Positions 36,026 through 43,534 of a stretch of DNA of 45,240 bases are shown one piece after another. How positions within the stretch are numbered: the first letter of the stretch is position 1; each line of letters begins with the position of its first letter. The stretch lies in IMG/VR virus record IMGVR_UViG_3300045988_062454; one strand, 5' to 3'. A program made the translations under genes and the position numbers. The stretch is from a virus. The notes under the pieces were generated by a model. The model searched no databases. It had not been told where the DNA came from and worked only from the letters and a program-made list of their open reading frames with translations.

Positions 36026-36499
36026 TTAAATTGCCTTCCCGCTTGATGATCCGTCTTTTGCAGAATATTTTTTATCCTCTAACATTGCTTCCATGCGCTC
36101 CAAAGCCCTTCCTTGGTCGGTAGAATCAAGCTGAATAAATAATTCTACGGCTTGCTGAGTGGATAAGCCATATATATTTTGAATTTCTCTCAAAAGTTCC
36201 GTTTCCTTTGAAAGCTTATCAGCATTGAATTCCACATTCCACTTTTGATAATCCTGTTCGGAAGGAACATCATACCCCATAAGCCAAACTTCATTTACTT
36301 TTAACGCCATAGCCAAAATAGATAATTTGTCTTGCTTTGGTATCACTTTACCGGAAACATATTGGGAAAGATCGTTTTTATTCAGCTTAACATTGTATTT
36401 TATACAGTAAGGCTTGCAGGCTTCCAAAATGTCTACTTGCTTCAACCCCCGTTCATTCATAATTTGCTTTAATCTGTCAGCGGTAGAAATTTCCTTCAA
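36026..36499 (-). CDS. XRE-family (cI-like) repressor
   Basis: The HTH is LKQIMNERGLKQVDILEAC...LSQYVSGKVIPKQDKLSILAMALKVNEVWLMG. It has a TTG start after aaagggg. Confidence 0.8.
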   Translation of the reverse strand: MKEISTADRLKQIMNERGLKQVDILEACKPYCIKYNVKLNKNDLSQYVSGKVIPKQDKLSILAMALKVNEVWLMGYDVPSEQDYQKWNVEFNADKLSKETELLREIQNIYGLSTQQAVELFIQLDSTDQGRALERMEAMLEDKKYSAKDGSSSGKAI

Positions 36500-36531
36500 G
36501 GCGACACACCCCTTTCTTTGTTTGTAATGCT

Positions 36532-36560
36532 ATTATAATGTATCTTGAAGATAAGTTCAA
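36532..36560 (-). promoter_or_regulatory. sigma-70-type promoter for the repressor (TTGAAC-17-TATAAT on the - strand)
   Basis: The reverse complement of 36555..36560 is ttgaac and of 36532..36537 is tataat. The spacer is 17 nt. Confidence 0.55.
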
Positions 36561-36601
36561 GGGGGTAAAGAAAAAAAGTTCAAAAAACTTGAATTTAAGT
36601 A

Positions 36602-36630
36602 TTGACAGCTACAAAGACGGATGCTATAAT
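36602..36630 (+). promoter_or_regulatory. early rightward promoter TTGACA-17-TATAAT
   Basis: ttgaca is at 36602..36607 and tataat at 36625..36630, with an exact 17-nt spacer. Confidence 0.65.
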
Positions 36631-36636
36631 GAGGAC

Positions 36637-36657
36637 AAGTTCAAAGGAATTGAACTT
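36637..36657. promoter_or_regulatory. operator palindrome AAGTTCAA-N5-TTGAACTT
   Basis: It has perfect 8-bp arms and begins 7 nt after the -10 box of the early promoter. Confidence 0.5.
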
Positions 36658-36700
36658 AAAAACAAAGCCGCTGCAACGGTAGGAAGGATGAAGTGATTTT

Positions 36701-36976
36701 ATGAAAAATTTCATTATGAAGCTGGTTAAGGATTTCAACGATTATTCAGAATTGGTTGCCCTGAATTACGCACAGATGAAAGAGGGCAAATGTGATGAAG
36801 GGACGCTTCAATGGAACAGAGGAAATTTAAGCCGAATTGAAGATTACCTGAAACAGCTTGCTGAAAGCACAGACGGGGTAAACCTCAAATGGGAACTTAA
36901 AGAACACACTTTCGGATTTGACGATTGGAAGCGACAACTTGAATATAGAACGGTTCGGGTTGTTTTCGATAATTAA
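36701..36976 (+). CDS. hypothetical early protein
   Basis: 91-aa ORF with RBS aggaaggatg. Confidence 0.4.
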   Translation: MKNFIMKLVKDFNDYSELVALNYAQMKEGKCDEGTLQWNRGNLSRIEDYLKQLAESTDGVNLKWELKEHTFGFDDWKRQLEYRTVRVVFDN

Positions 36977-36993
36977 GAAAGGCGGTGCAATCC

Positions 36994-37656
36994 ATGAGTG
37001 AAACGAGTTTGAAGCCTGTAATTGATAAACTTGAAAATTTATTTTCAAAATTCAATGAAAAGTTCTACGGTGGGGAACTTCAAAAGGCGATTATCACAGT
37101 AAGCCCCGACACAACAAAGGGTGCTTACGGATGGTGTACCGCTTGGAAAGCTTGGAGCAATCAAGAGCCGAAAAAGATTTCTGATATGAAGCCGGAAGAA
37201 ATTGAAGCGGCAAAATCAGAAGGGTTCTATGAAATCAATATTTGCGCTGAATATCTTGCCCGCCCCTTTGAACAGATTTGCGAAACCCTTTTACATGAAA
37301 TGGTTCACCTTTACAATCTGCAAGTTGGGGTTCAGGACACAAGCCGCAGCGGGACTTACCACAATAAGAAATATAAGGAAGCCGCTGAACAGCATGGGTT
37401 GACCGTTGACAAGGATTCAAAGTACGGTTGGACGAAAACAAGCCTGAATGATGAAGCGAAAGCCTTTGTTGAAGGGCTGCAAGATAAGAAGTTCCAGCTT
37501 TTCAGGAAACCTTCCTTCAATATGGGTGGTTCTTCCAAAACCAAACAATCTACCCGCAAATATGTTTGCCCCATGTGCGGCTGCATTATTAGAGCAACCA
37601 AAGAAGTTCATGTGATATGCGGTGATTGTGATGTAGAGTTTGAGGAAGCGGAGTAA
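36994..37656 (+). CDS. SprT-like zinc metalloprotease with C-terminal zinc ribbon
   Basis: It has LLHEMVHLYN (HExxH) and CPMCG...CGDC. ATG 36994 follows aaaggcgg. Confidence 0.8.
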   Translation: MSETSLKPVIDKLENLFSKFNEKFYGGELQKAIITVSPDTTKGAYGWCTAWKAWSNQEPKKISDMKPEEIEAAKSEGFYEINICAEYLARPFEQICETLLHEMVHLYNLQVGVQDTSRSGTYHNKKYKEAAEQHGLTVDKDSKYGWTKTSLNDEAKAFVEGLQDKKFQLFRKPSFNMGGSSKTKQSTRKYVCPMCGCIIRATKEVHVICGDCDVEFEEAE

Positions 37657-37684
37657 AACCCGCTTCCCGGAAAGGATGATAGAT

Positions 37685-37873
37685 ATGAAAAGAATATTCA
37701 TTCCGTTATGGAAAGCCTTGAAAGATGCCCGTGAAAGATATGATTATCCTAACGATTGGGGTATAATGGCTTGCTATGAAGTGGAAAATATGGGCTTTTG
37801 CAAGGACGGAAAAACAAGATGGTATCACTTTACTTCGGTTGATGGTGTTCCAGCTTACACCTTGAAATATTGA
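37685..37873 (+). CDS. hypothetical protein
   Basis: ATG 37685 follows ggaaagg. 62 aa. Confidence 0.35.
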   Translation: MKRIFIPLWKALKDARERYDYPNDWGIMACYEVENMGFCKDGKTRWYHFTSVDGVPAYTLKY

Positions 37874-37889
37874 TTGGGGGTGTGAAGAT

Positions 37890-38099
37890 ATGAGATATTA
37901 CAGCACACAACGCCCGATTGTGCCGGGAAGTTTCCCTAAACCGGAAGGAAACACGGTTGAACGGATTGTAAATTTCCCCGCCAAAACCTATGTGGATGAA
38001 ATTTGGAAACAGGCTTGGGGGTATATCGACTATGAAAAGCCCCTTTCCGAAAAGGATGCTTCCGATTATGAGTTGACGCAAGGCGGGGCTTTTCACTAA
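37890..38099 (+). CDS. hypothetical protein
   Basis: 69-aa ORF with RBS ggggtgtgaag. Confidence 0.4.
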   Translation: MRYYSTQRPIVPGSFPKPEGNTVERIVNFPAKTYVDEIWKQAWGYIDYEKPLSEKDASDYELTQGGAFH

Positions 38100-38100
38100 T

Positions 38101-38260
38101 ACAGCCGAAACCGGGGAAGCCCGGTCACACGGAAATGACCGTCCGTGTCTGATGATGGCAGGTCAACGGCACTTTGAAAACTGAATCTATCCGGCAGCGG
38201 CTTAGTCAACCGCAAGGGGTAACACTGTAAGTCCCCTGTATAAGTGCCGTACAAATTCAA
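38101..38260 (+). other. structured non-coding gap (candidate ncRNA or leader)
   Basis: It contains hairpins accggg-gaag-cccggt and acacgga/tccgtgt. A 9-bp long-range helix joins acggcactt (38166..38174) and aagtgccgt (38242..38250). No credible ORF is present. Confidence 0.3.
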
Positions 38261-38280
38261 GTGAAAGGAATGGTGATACG

Positions 38281-38505
38281 ATGGCATACGATTATTCTAA
38301 GCTTAACGGGCGAATTGTAGAAAAGTGTGGTACACAAGCTGTATTTGCCGACAGAATGGGACTTTCTGAAAGAACAGTATCTTTGAAGTTAAATAACAAG
38401 GTTGCTTGGAAGCAGCCGGAAATGCAGAAAGCGGCTGTGATCTTGGAATTCCCGGAAACGGAAATTCAGACATATTTTTTTACTATGAAAGTTCAAAATA
38501 ATTGA
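38281..38505 (+). CDS. DUF739-like HTH (Cro/CI-type) protein
   Basis: It reads KLNGRIVEKCGTQAVFADRMGLSERTVSLKLNNKVAWKQPE...YFF. Confidence 0.6.
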   Translation: MAYDYSKLNGRIVEKCGTQAVFADRMGLSERTVSLKLNNKVAWKQPEMQKAAVILEFPETEIQTYFFTMKVQNN

Positions 38506-38509
38506 ACTT
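38489..38509. promoter_or_regulatory. second copy of the operator palindrome AAGTTCAA-N5-TTGAACTT
   Basis: aagttcaa-aataa-ttgaactt overlaps the stop codon of the 38281..38505 gene. Confidence 0.45.
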
Positions 38510-38528
38510 ACGAAAGGCGGTGAATAGG

Positions 38529-38720
38529 ATGAAGAAAGTGATTGCAGCGTGTATTGAACGAATTCTTGATTTTGATACCCCGGAAGAAGCGGCAGCTTAC
38601 ATTGAGGGGTTGAGAAATAAAAAGACCGATTTTGTCATTGTTTCCCGTGAGGAAGCAGGCGGCAAGTATCGTATCAGGGTTAAAGAGCAGTACAACAAAA
38701 GCCCGATGATTCAAAACTAA
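38529..38720 (+). CDS. hypothetical protein
   Basis: ATG 38529 follows aaaggcggtg. 63 aa. Confidence 0.35.
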   Translation: MKKVIAACIERILDFDTPEEAAAYIEGLRNKKTDFVIVSREEAGGKYRIRVKEQYNKSPMIQN

Positions 38721-38739
38721 AAGAAAGGATGAAGTGAAA

Positions 38740-39159
38740 ATGAGTTTTGCAGAAAAATTGAAAGCCCTTATGGGCGAACTGGATTTATCACAGTCCAAAC
38801 TTTCAGACCTTACCGGGATTGGTAAATCTTCGATCAGTCAGTATCTTTCCGGTAAGAATGAACCTTCCAAAGACAGGAAGAAGGAAATTGCCCGGAAATT
38901 GGGCGTTCAGGAAGATTACTTTGATACCTTTGAAACCGCTGCAACGGTTCAGCATGACGGGGTTTTCAATCTTCCGGTTACATTGGCAGCTAAGTTGATG
39001 GGGAAGTCCAAAGAGTGGGTGAAACAGGGCTTGCGTGATGGTGTATTCCCGTGGGGATATGCCGTGAAGCTTACGAATTGGAGTTACTTTATTTCTTCCG
39101 TCAAGTTTACAGAATATACAGGAATCAAAGTTCCTTTGAAGTTAGAAAGTGAGGGTTAA
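38740..39159 (+). CDS. XRE-type HTH DNA-binding protein
   Basis: It reads FAEKLKALMGELDLSQSKLSDLTGIGKSSISQYLSGKNEPS. Confidence 0.65.
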   Translation: MSFAEKLKALMGELDLSQSKLSDLTGIGKSSISQYLSGKNEPSKDRKKEIARKLGVQEDYFDTFETAATVQHDGVFNLPVTLAAKLMGKSKEWVKQGLRDGVFPWGYAVKLTNWSYFISSVKFTEYTGIKVPLKLESEG

Positions 39160-39163
39160 GCGA

Positions 39164-39979
39164 ATGAGTGAAACAGGAGTTATCAGAGGATTCAAAGTGT
39201 TCAATCCTGATTGGACTTGCAGAGACAAACAGTACACTTGCCCCGGTGCATTTGAAGAAGATGTTGCCCCTTCCGTTTGTGATAGAGGGATGCACTTCTG
39301 TAAGAAAGCGGCTGACTGCTTCAATTATTACAGTTTTAACCCGGAAAACAAGGTTGCGGAAGTGATTGCCATTGCTGAACGCACCGTTGAAGATGGTGAC
39401 AAATGCGCCACAAATTACCTTGAAATTGTCCGTGAAATCAGTTGGCAGGAAGTTCTTGAAATTGTGAATACGGGAAAGGGTTGCACCGGACTTTGCAACA
39501 GCGGCGATTGCAACAGCGGCGATTGGAACAGCGGCAATTGGAACAGCGGCAATCGGAACAGCGGCGATTGGAACAGCGGCAATCGGAACAGCGGCAATCG
39601 GAACAGCGGCGATTGGAACAAGTGCAGCTTTTCCAACGGGTGCTTTAATACGGTTGAACCGAAAATTTACCTGTTCAATAAGCCGTCTGACTGGACTTAT
39701 AGGGATTGGCTGAATAGCGATGCCCGTTATCTTCTGAATCAGATTCCGGGTGATGTTCTTGAATATGTGTGGTTCGAGGATATGACGGATGAAGAAAAGA
39801 CAGCACACCCGGAAGCCAAAACCACAGGTGGTTATCTGAAACAGCTTGACAATTCCGAATGTGGTTCTATTTGGTGGCGTGGGCTTAATGACTATGAAAA
39901 ATCTATTATCAAGGCAATTCCGAACTTTGACAAGGAAATCTTCAAAGAGATCACCGGGGTTGATGTTGATATGGAATAA
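39164..39979 (+). CDS. repeat protein: conserved Cys/His N-domain plus (NSGxx)n pentapeptide-type repeats
   Basis: The N-terminus is GFKVFNPDWTCRDKQYTCPG...CDRGMHFC. The repeat region is CNSGDCNSGDWNSGNWNSGNRNSGDWNSGNRNSGNRNSGDWN. Confidence 0.6.
   Translation: MSETGVIRGFKVFNPDWTCRDKQYTCPGAFEEDVAPSVCDRGMHFCKKAADCFNYYSFNPENKVAEVIAIAERTVEDGDKCATNYLEIVREISWQEVLEIVNTGKGCTGLCNSGDCNSGDWNSGNWNSGNRNSGDWNSGNRNSGNRNSGDWNKCSFSNGCFNTVEPKIYLFNKPSDWTYRDWLNSDARYLLNQIPGDVLEYVWFEDMTDEEKTAHPEAKTTGGYLKQLDNSECGSIWWRGLNDYEKSIIKAIPNFDKEIFKEITGVDVDME
39497..39616 (+). repeat. eight tandem 15-bp units aacagcggcRatYgS (coding)
   Basis: Units were counted directly at 15-nt spacing, starting at 39497, 39512, 39527, 39542, 39557, 39572, 39587 and 39602. 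Confidence 0.95.
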
Positions 39980-39991
39980 GGGGGTGCTGAT

Positions 39992-41257
39992 ATGCAGCTA
40001 TTTCCCCACCAACAAAGAGCCTTGCGGGAAACAGAGAAATTCAACCGGGTTGCTTATTACCTTGATATGGGTTTGGGAAAAACCTTTGTAGGCAGCGAAA
40101 AGGCGAATTCATTTCCTGAAAATATCATTCTGATTTGCCAAAAATCAAAAATTCAAGATTGGGTTGAACATTTCCGGCAGTATTACCCTATGGGGGTGTT
40201 TGATCTGACGAATAAAAAGCAGTTTGAAGAATTTCAAGGCACAGTCGGAAGATTTGTAGGTGTGATTAACTACGATTTAGTGTTCAGGCGTTCATATTTT
40301 GCCCATATAAGCGGTTTTACCCTTGTACTTGATGAAAGTTCCATTATCCAAAATGAAACCGCTAAACGGTCAAAATTTATCCTGAAAATGAAGCCTAAAA
40401 ATGTGATCCTTCTTTCCGGCACACCAACAGCCGGGAAATATGAAAAGCTTTGGTCGCAGCTTCACCTATTGGGGTGGGAAATCAGCAAAGACCTGTTCTA
40501 TAAGCAGTATGTTGAAATCGAGTGGATCGAGGATCACAACAGCGGATTCAGGATTCCCCAAATTGTGGGTTATAAGAATGTTGACCGCCTGAAACGGAAG
40601 CTGGCTGAACACGGGGCAATTTTTATGAAGTCGGAAGAAGTCTTTGACCTTCCTGAACAGGTAGTAATTCCGGTATATTCCAAACCAACAAAGGAATACA
40701 GAAAATTCATGCGGGATGCAGTTATTACCATTGATGGGCGGGAATTTATCGGGGACACCATTCTTTCAAAGCGGATATATGCCCGGATGATGTGCAGCTA
40801 TTTGAATAAAGGACGGGTGGCAGCCTTTAAGGATTTGGTGCAGTCCACGGAAGAACGGTTGATTGTGTTCTATAACTTCAATGAAGAATTGAACACAATG
40901 CAGGAAGCGATTGCCGAACTGGAAAGACCTGTTTCTATCGTGAACGGCAGCATTAAAGATTTGGATTCTTACGAATTTGCAAGCGATTCAATCACATTCG
41001 TTCAGTATCAGGCCGGGGCTATGGGGCTGAATTTGCAGAAAGCAAACAGAATCATTTACTTTTCCATGACAGATAGAAGTGAACTGTTTGAACAGTCCAA
41101 AAAGCGTATTCACCGCATAGGGCAGAAAAAACCTTGCTTCTATTATCAGATGATTTGTCCCGGTACGGTTGAAGAAGATATTCTTCACACTTTGGAACTT
41201 AGAAAGGATTATACCGATGAACTATTCAAGAAATATCAAGAAAGCTTCGATAGGTAG
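39992..41257 (+). CDS. SNF2-family helicase
   Basis: Motifs are LDMGLGKT, VLDESS, LLSGTP, QYQAGAMGLNLQ and RIHRIGQ. Confidence 0.85.
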   Translation: MQLFPHQQRALRETEKFNRVAYYLDMGLGKTFVGSEKANSFPENIILICQKSKIQDWVEHFRQYYPMGVFDLTNKKQFEEFQGTVGRFVGVINYDLVFRRSYFAHISGFTLVLDESSIIQNETAKRSKFILKMKPKNVILLSGTPTAGKYEKLWSQLHLLGWEISKDLFYKQYVEIEWIEDHNSGFRIPQIVGYKNVDRLKRKLAEHGAIFMKSEEVFDLPEQVVIPVYSKPTKEYRKFMRDAVITIDGREFIGDTILSKRIYARMMCSYLNKGRVAAFKDLVQSTEERLIVFYNFNEELNTMQEAIAELERPVSIVNGSIKDLDSYEFASDSITFVQYQAGAMGLNLQKANRIIYFSMTDRSELFEQSKKRIHRIGQKKPCFYYQMICPGTVEEDILHTLELRKDYTDELFKKYQESFDR

Positions 41258-41918
41258 AAGGATCGTGATTTCATGGCTGATTGTGGCAGCCGTCTTTTCC
41301 CTGATAGGTTTGGGGATCGGGGTTCTTATCCCAAAAAGCGGGGCGGCAGACATTGAGCCGGAAGAAACTTCCCCGAATGTGCTTATTTACGGTGCGCCGG
41401 ACGGAAAAATCTATGAAGGTGGCTTCCCTGAATCCTATGAACTGGAAAATGATTTTGTGTTCACCACTGAAATTCCCGTCACCTTTGGGGAAGATTTGCA
41501 GGAATTCACCTATTACCTATCGGCAGCCTATGACATTGATTATACCCTTGTTCTTGCGATTATCTCAAAGGAAAGCAGCTTTATGTCGGATGGTATCAGT
41601 TCAACAAATGATTATGGGCTGATGCAGATCAACGCTTGCAACCACGAATGGCTTACAGAAGAACTTGGTATCACGGATTTCATTGATCCCTATGAAAATA
41701 TCAAAGCCGGGTTGTTTATCCTTCGTGGGTTGTTTGAAAAGTACGATTCTACTTCAAAAGTCCTGATGGCTTACAACATGGGTGAAAACGGTGCTTCTAA
41801 GCTATGGGAACAAGGGATATTTGAAAGTAACTATTCAAAAGATGTGCTGCAAAGACAGGAAACATACCGCCAAATTTTAGGATGGGCGGCGATTGAAGGG
41901 AGTGCTGAAAATGATTAA
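41217..41918 (+). CDS. membrane-anchored lytic transglycosylase (SLT domain)
   Basis: The TM segment is IVISWLIVAAVFSLIGLGIGVLI. It also has AIISKESSF and YGLMQIN. ATG 41217 follows agaaagga. Confidence 0.8.
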   Translation: MNYSRNIKKASIGRRIVISWLIVAAVFSLIGLGIGVLIPKSGAADIEPEETSPNVLIYGAPDGKIYEGGFPESYELENDFVFTTEIPVTFGEDLQEFTYYLSAAYDIDYTLVLAIISKESSFMSDGISSTNDYGLMQINACNHEWLTEELGITDFIDPYENIKAGLFILRGLFEKYDSTSKVLMAYNMGENGASKLWEQGIFESNYSKDVLQRQETYRQILGWAAIEGSAEND

Positions 41919-42375
41919 GTGTAAACAGATTATGGGCGGTGAAAAGCCTGATTGTGGCAAAGAAATTTGCTGCTATGAATGTGAACAGCGTGAAGGTTGT
42001 GTCAACGCTTGCAACTACTATGAGGATGAACCGGAAAGGGCTTCTGAATGTGAAGATAGGTTCAATGATGAAAATGCCCTTGTGACAATGAAGCAGGAAG
42101 CGGCAGGGGTTATCAAGGCGATTGCCAACCTGACTTTGCAGAAAAAGGCGATTGAGGATCAGGAAAAAGCTATGCGGCAGCAGTTACAGGTGGCAATGGA
42201 GAAGTACGGGGTGAAAACCTTTGAGACAGAGGAAATCAAGTTCACCTATGTTGCCCCGACAACCCGCACCACGATTGACAGCGCAAAGCTGAAAAAAGAA
42301 ATGCCGGATGTGGCAGCTAAGTATTCTAAAACTTCCAATGTTTCCGCTTCCGTGAAAATCACGGTAAAGGAGTGA
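41911..42375 (+). CDS. Cys-rich N-terminus plus coiled-coil protein (Gp157-like, tentative)
   Basis: It has CGKEICCYECEQREGCVNAC followed by a coiled coil. The family call is from memory only. Confidence 0.35.
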   Translation: MIKCKQIMGGEKPDCGKEICCYECEQREGCVNACNYYEDEPERASECEDRFNDENALVTMKQEAAGVIKAIANLTLQKKAIEDQEKAMRQQLQVAMEKYGVKTFETEEIKFTYVAPTTRTTIDSAKLKKEMPDVAAKYSKTSNVSASVKITVKE

Positions 42376-42379
42376 TGAA

Positions 42380-43120
42380 ATGAATGCGATAGATATTCCA
42401 ATTAAAATTTGGAATCAATATATAGACCTAAAAAACGGGGATGACCTTCCTTTGAAAATTAAAATTGAACTATTTGAAAAAGGATTTCCAATCAGGGAAG
42501 GGCTTATTGGAACAACAGAACTTAATTCAATAATGACCTTTACGGGTGACAATCCCGGTATGTATCCACTTATAGCCTTTAATTTAAAAGATGATTTTTC
42601 TGAAATTATAATTGGGCGATATGAGGAGAAATGGACTGATAATCAATGCTTATTTGAACTTAAAGATATTTCAATTACACCAAATGTTAAGAAATCAGTT
42701 GACTATTTTGATTTTGATGTGAATTGGTGTGATAACTATTTCCTTAATGATAAAGGGGTAGTAGATGCAAATATGTGTTCTTTTTTACGGAAATGCGTTT
42801 TCTTAATTTTAGGTGTTCAAACATTGTTTGCTACCAGCAAGAAAAATGAGATCTACATTGAAGGAAAAGAATTAGAAAAGCGTCACAAAACTAAGCACAA
42901 AAAACAGGATGGGATATCCGTTGTAAGAATTGGAAATATCACAATTACCCACTATGGGAGAAAAAACAATGGATATGAAAGAGTTGCTGAATCTTGGGAT
43001 GTACGTGGACATTGGAGACATTACAAAAACGGACATTCGATTTTTATTCAACCTTATCAAAAAGGGAAGGGAAGAGCAAATCCTAAAATATACAAAATAG
43101 GGAATAAAGGTGGTGATTAA
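42380..43120 (+). CDS. hypothetical protein, AT-rich orphan
   Basis: 246 aa. The C-terminus reads WDVRGHWRHYKNGHSIFIQPYQKGKG. No domain was recognised. Confidence 0.4.
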   Translation: MNAIDIPIKIWNQYIDLKNGDDLPLKIKIELFEKGFPIREGLIGTTELNSIMTFTGDNPGMYPLIAFNLKDDFSEIIIGRYEEKWTDNQCLFELKDISITPNVKKSVDYFDFDVNWCDNYFLNDKGVVDANMCSFLRKCVFLILGVQTLFATSKKNEIYIEGKELEKRHKTKHKKQDGISVVRIGNITITHYGRKNNGYERVAESWDVRGHWRHYKNGHSIFIQPYQKGKGRANPKIYKIGNKGGD

Positions 43121-43534
43121 GTGGCAGAAGAAAAACTTTTCGAGGGGCGGATCAAAAAATACTTCCATTCCGTGGGGATTTATCCGGCTGGATTTCCTAC
43201 GGACAGAATGAAAGCCCCTATGGTTGGATGGTACACAAAAATTTGGGGCGGCGGTTTTCAGAAGTCTGGCATACCTGACCTTATATGTTGTGTGAACGGG
43301 GTTACGGTGGCGGTTGAAATCAAAGCTTCCAATGGTAGACCTTCCGAACTGCAAAAGCTGAATATCAGCCGGATCAACTATTCTGGGGGCATTGGGGTTT
43401 TCCTTTACCCGGAAGGGTTTGAACAATTCAAAGAACTTTTGAAAGGGGTGATAAATTGCGGTACTCACATTCCAGCATTGATTGCTTTGAAAAATGCAAA
43501 TTCAAGTACAAAATGCGATATTTGGACGGGATAA
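43121..43534 (+). CDS. VRR-NUC domain nuclease
   Basis: It has GIPDLICCVNGVTVAVEIKASNGRPSELQ. The GTG start follows aaggtggtga. Confidence 0.7.
   Translation: MAEEKLFEGRIKKYFHSVGIYPAGFPTDRMKAPMVGWYTKIWGGGFQKSGIPDLICCVNGVTVAVEIKASNGRPSELQKLNISRINYSGGIGVFLYPEGFEQFKELLKGVINCGTHIPALIALKNANSSTKCDIWTG

Noticed and set aside
38529-39159. A small ORF followed by an HTH gene, considered as an acr-aca (anti-CRISPR plus Aca) pair.
   Set aside because: The only support is the gene-order heuristic. There is no recognisable Acr or Aca family motif. The HTH protein is large, with an extra C-terminal domain. There is not enough evidence to report it as a finding.
39497-39616. Regular 15-bp repeats considered as a CRISPR-like array.
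   Set aside because: The units are contiguous with no spacers, are only 15 bp long, lie in frame inside a long ORF and encode a pentapeptide repeat.
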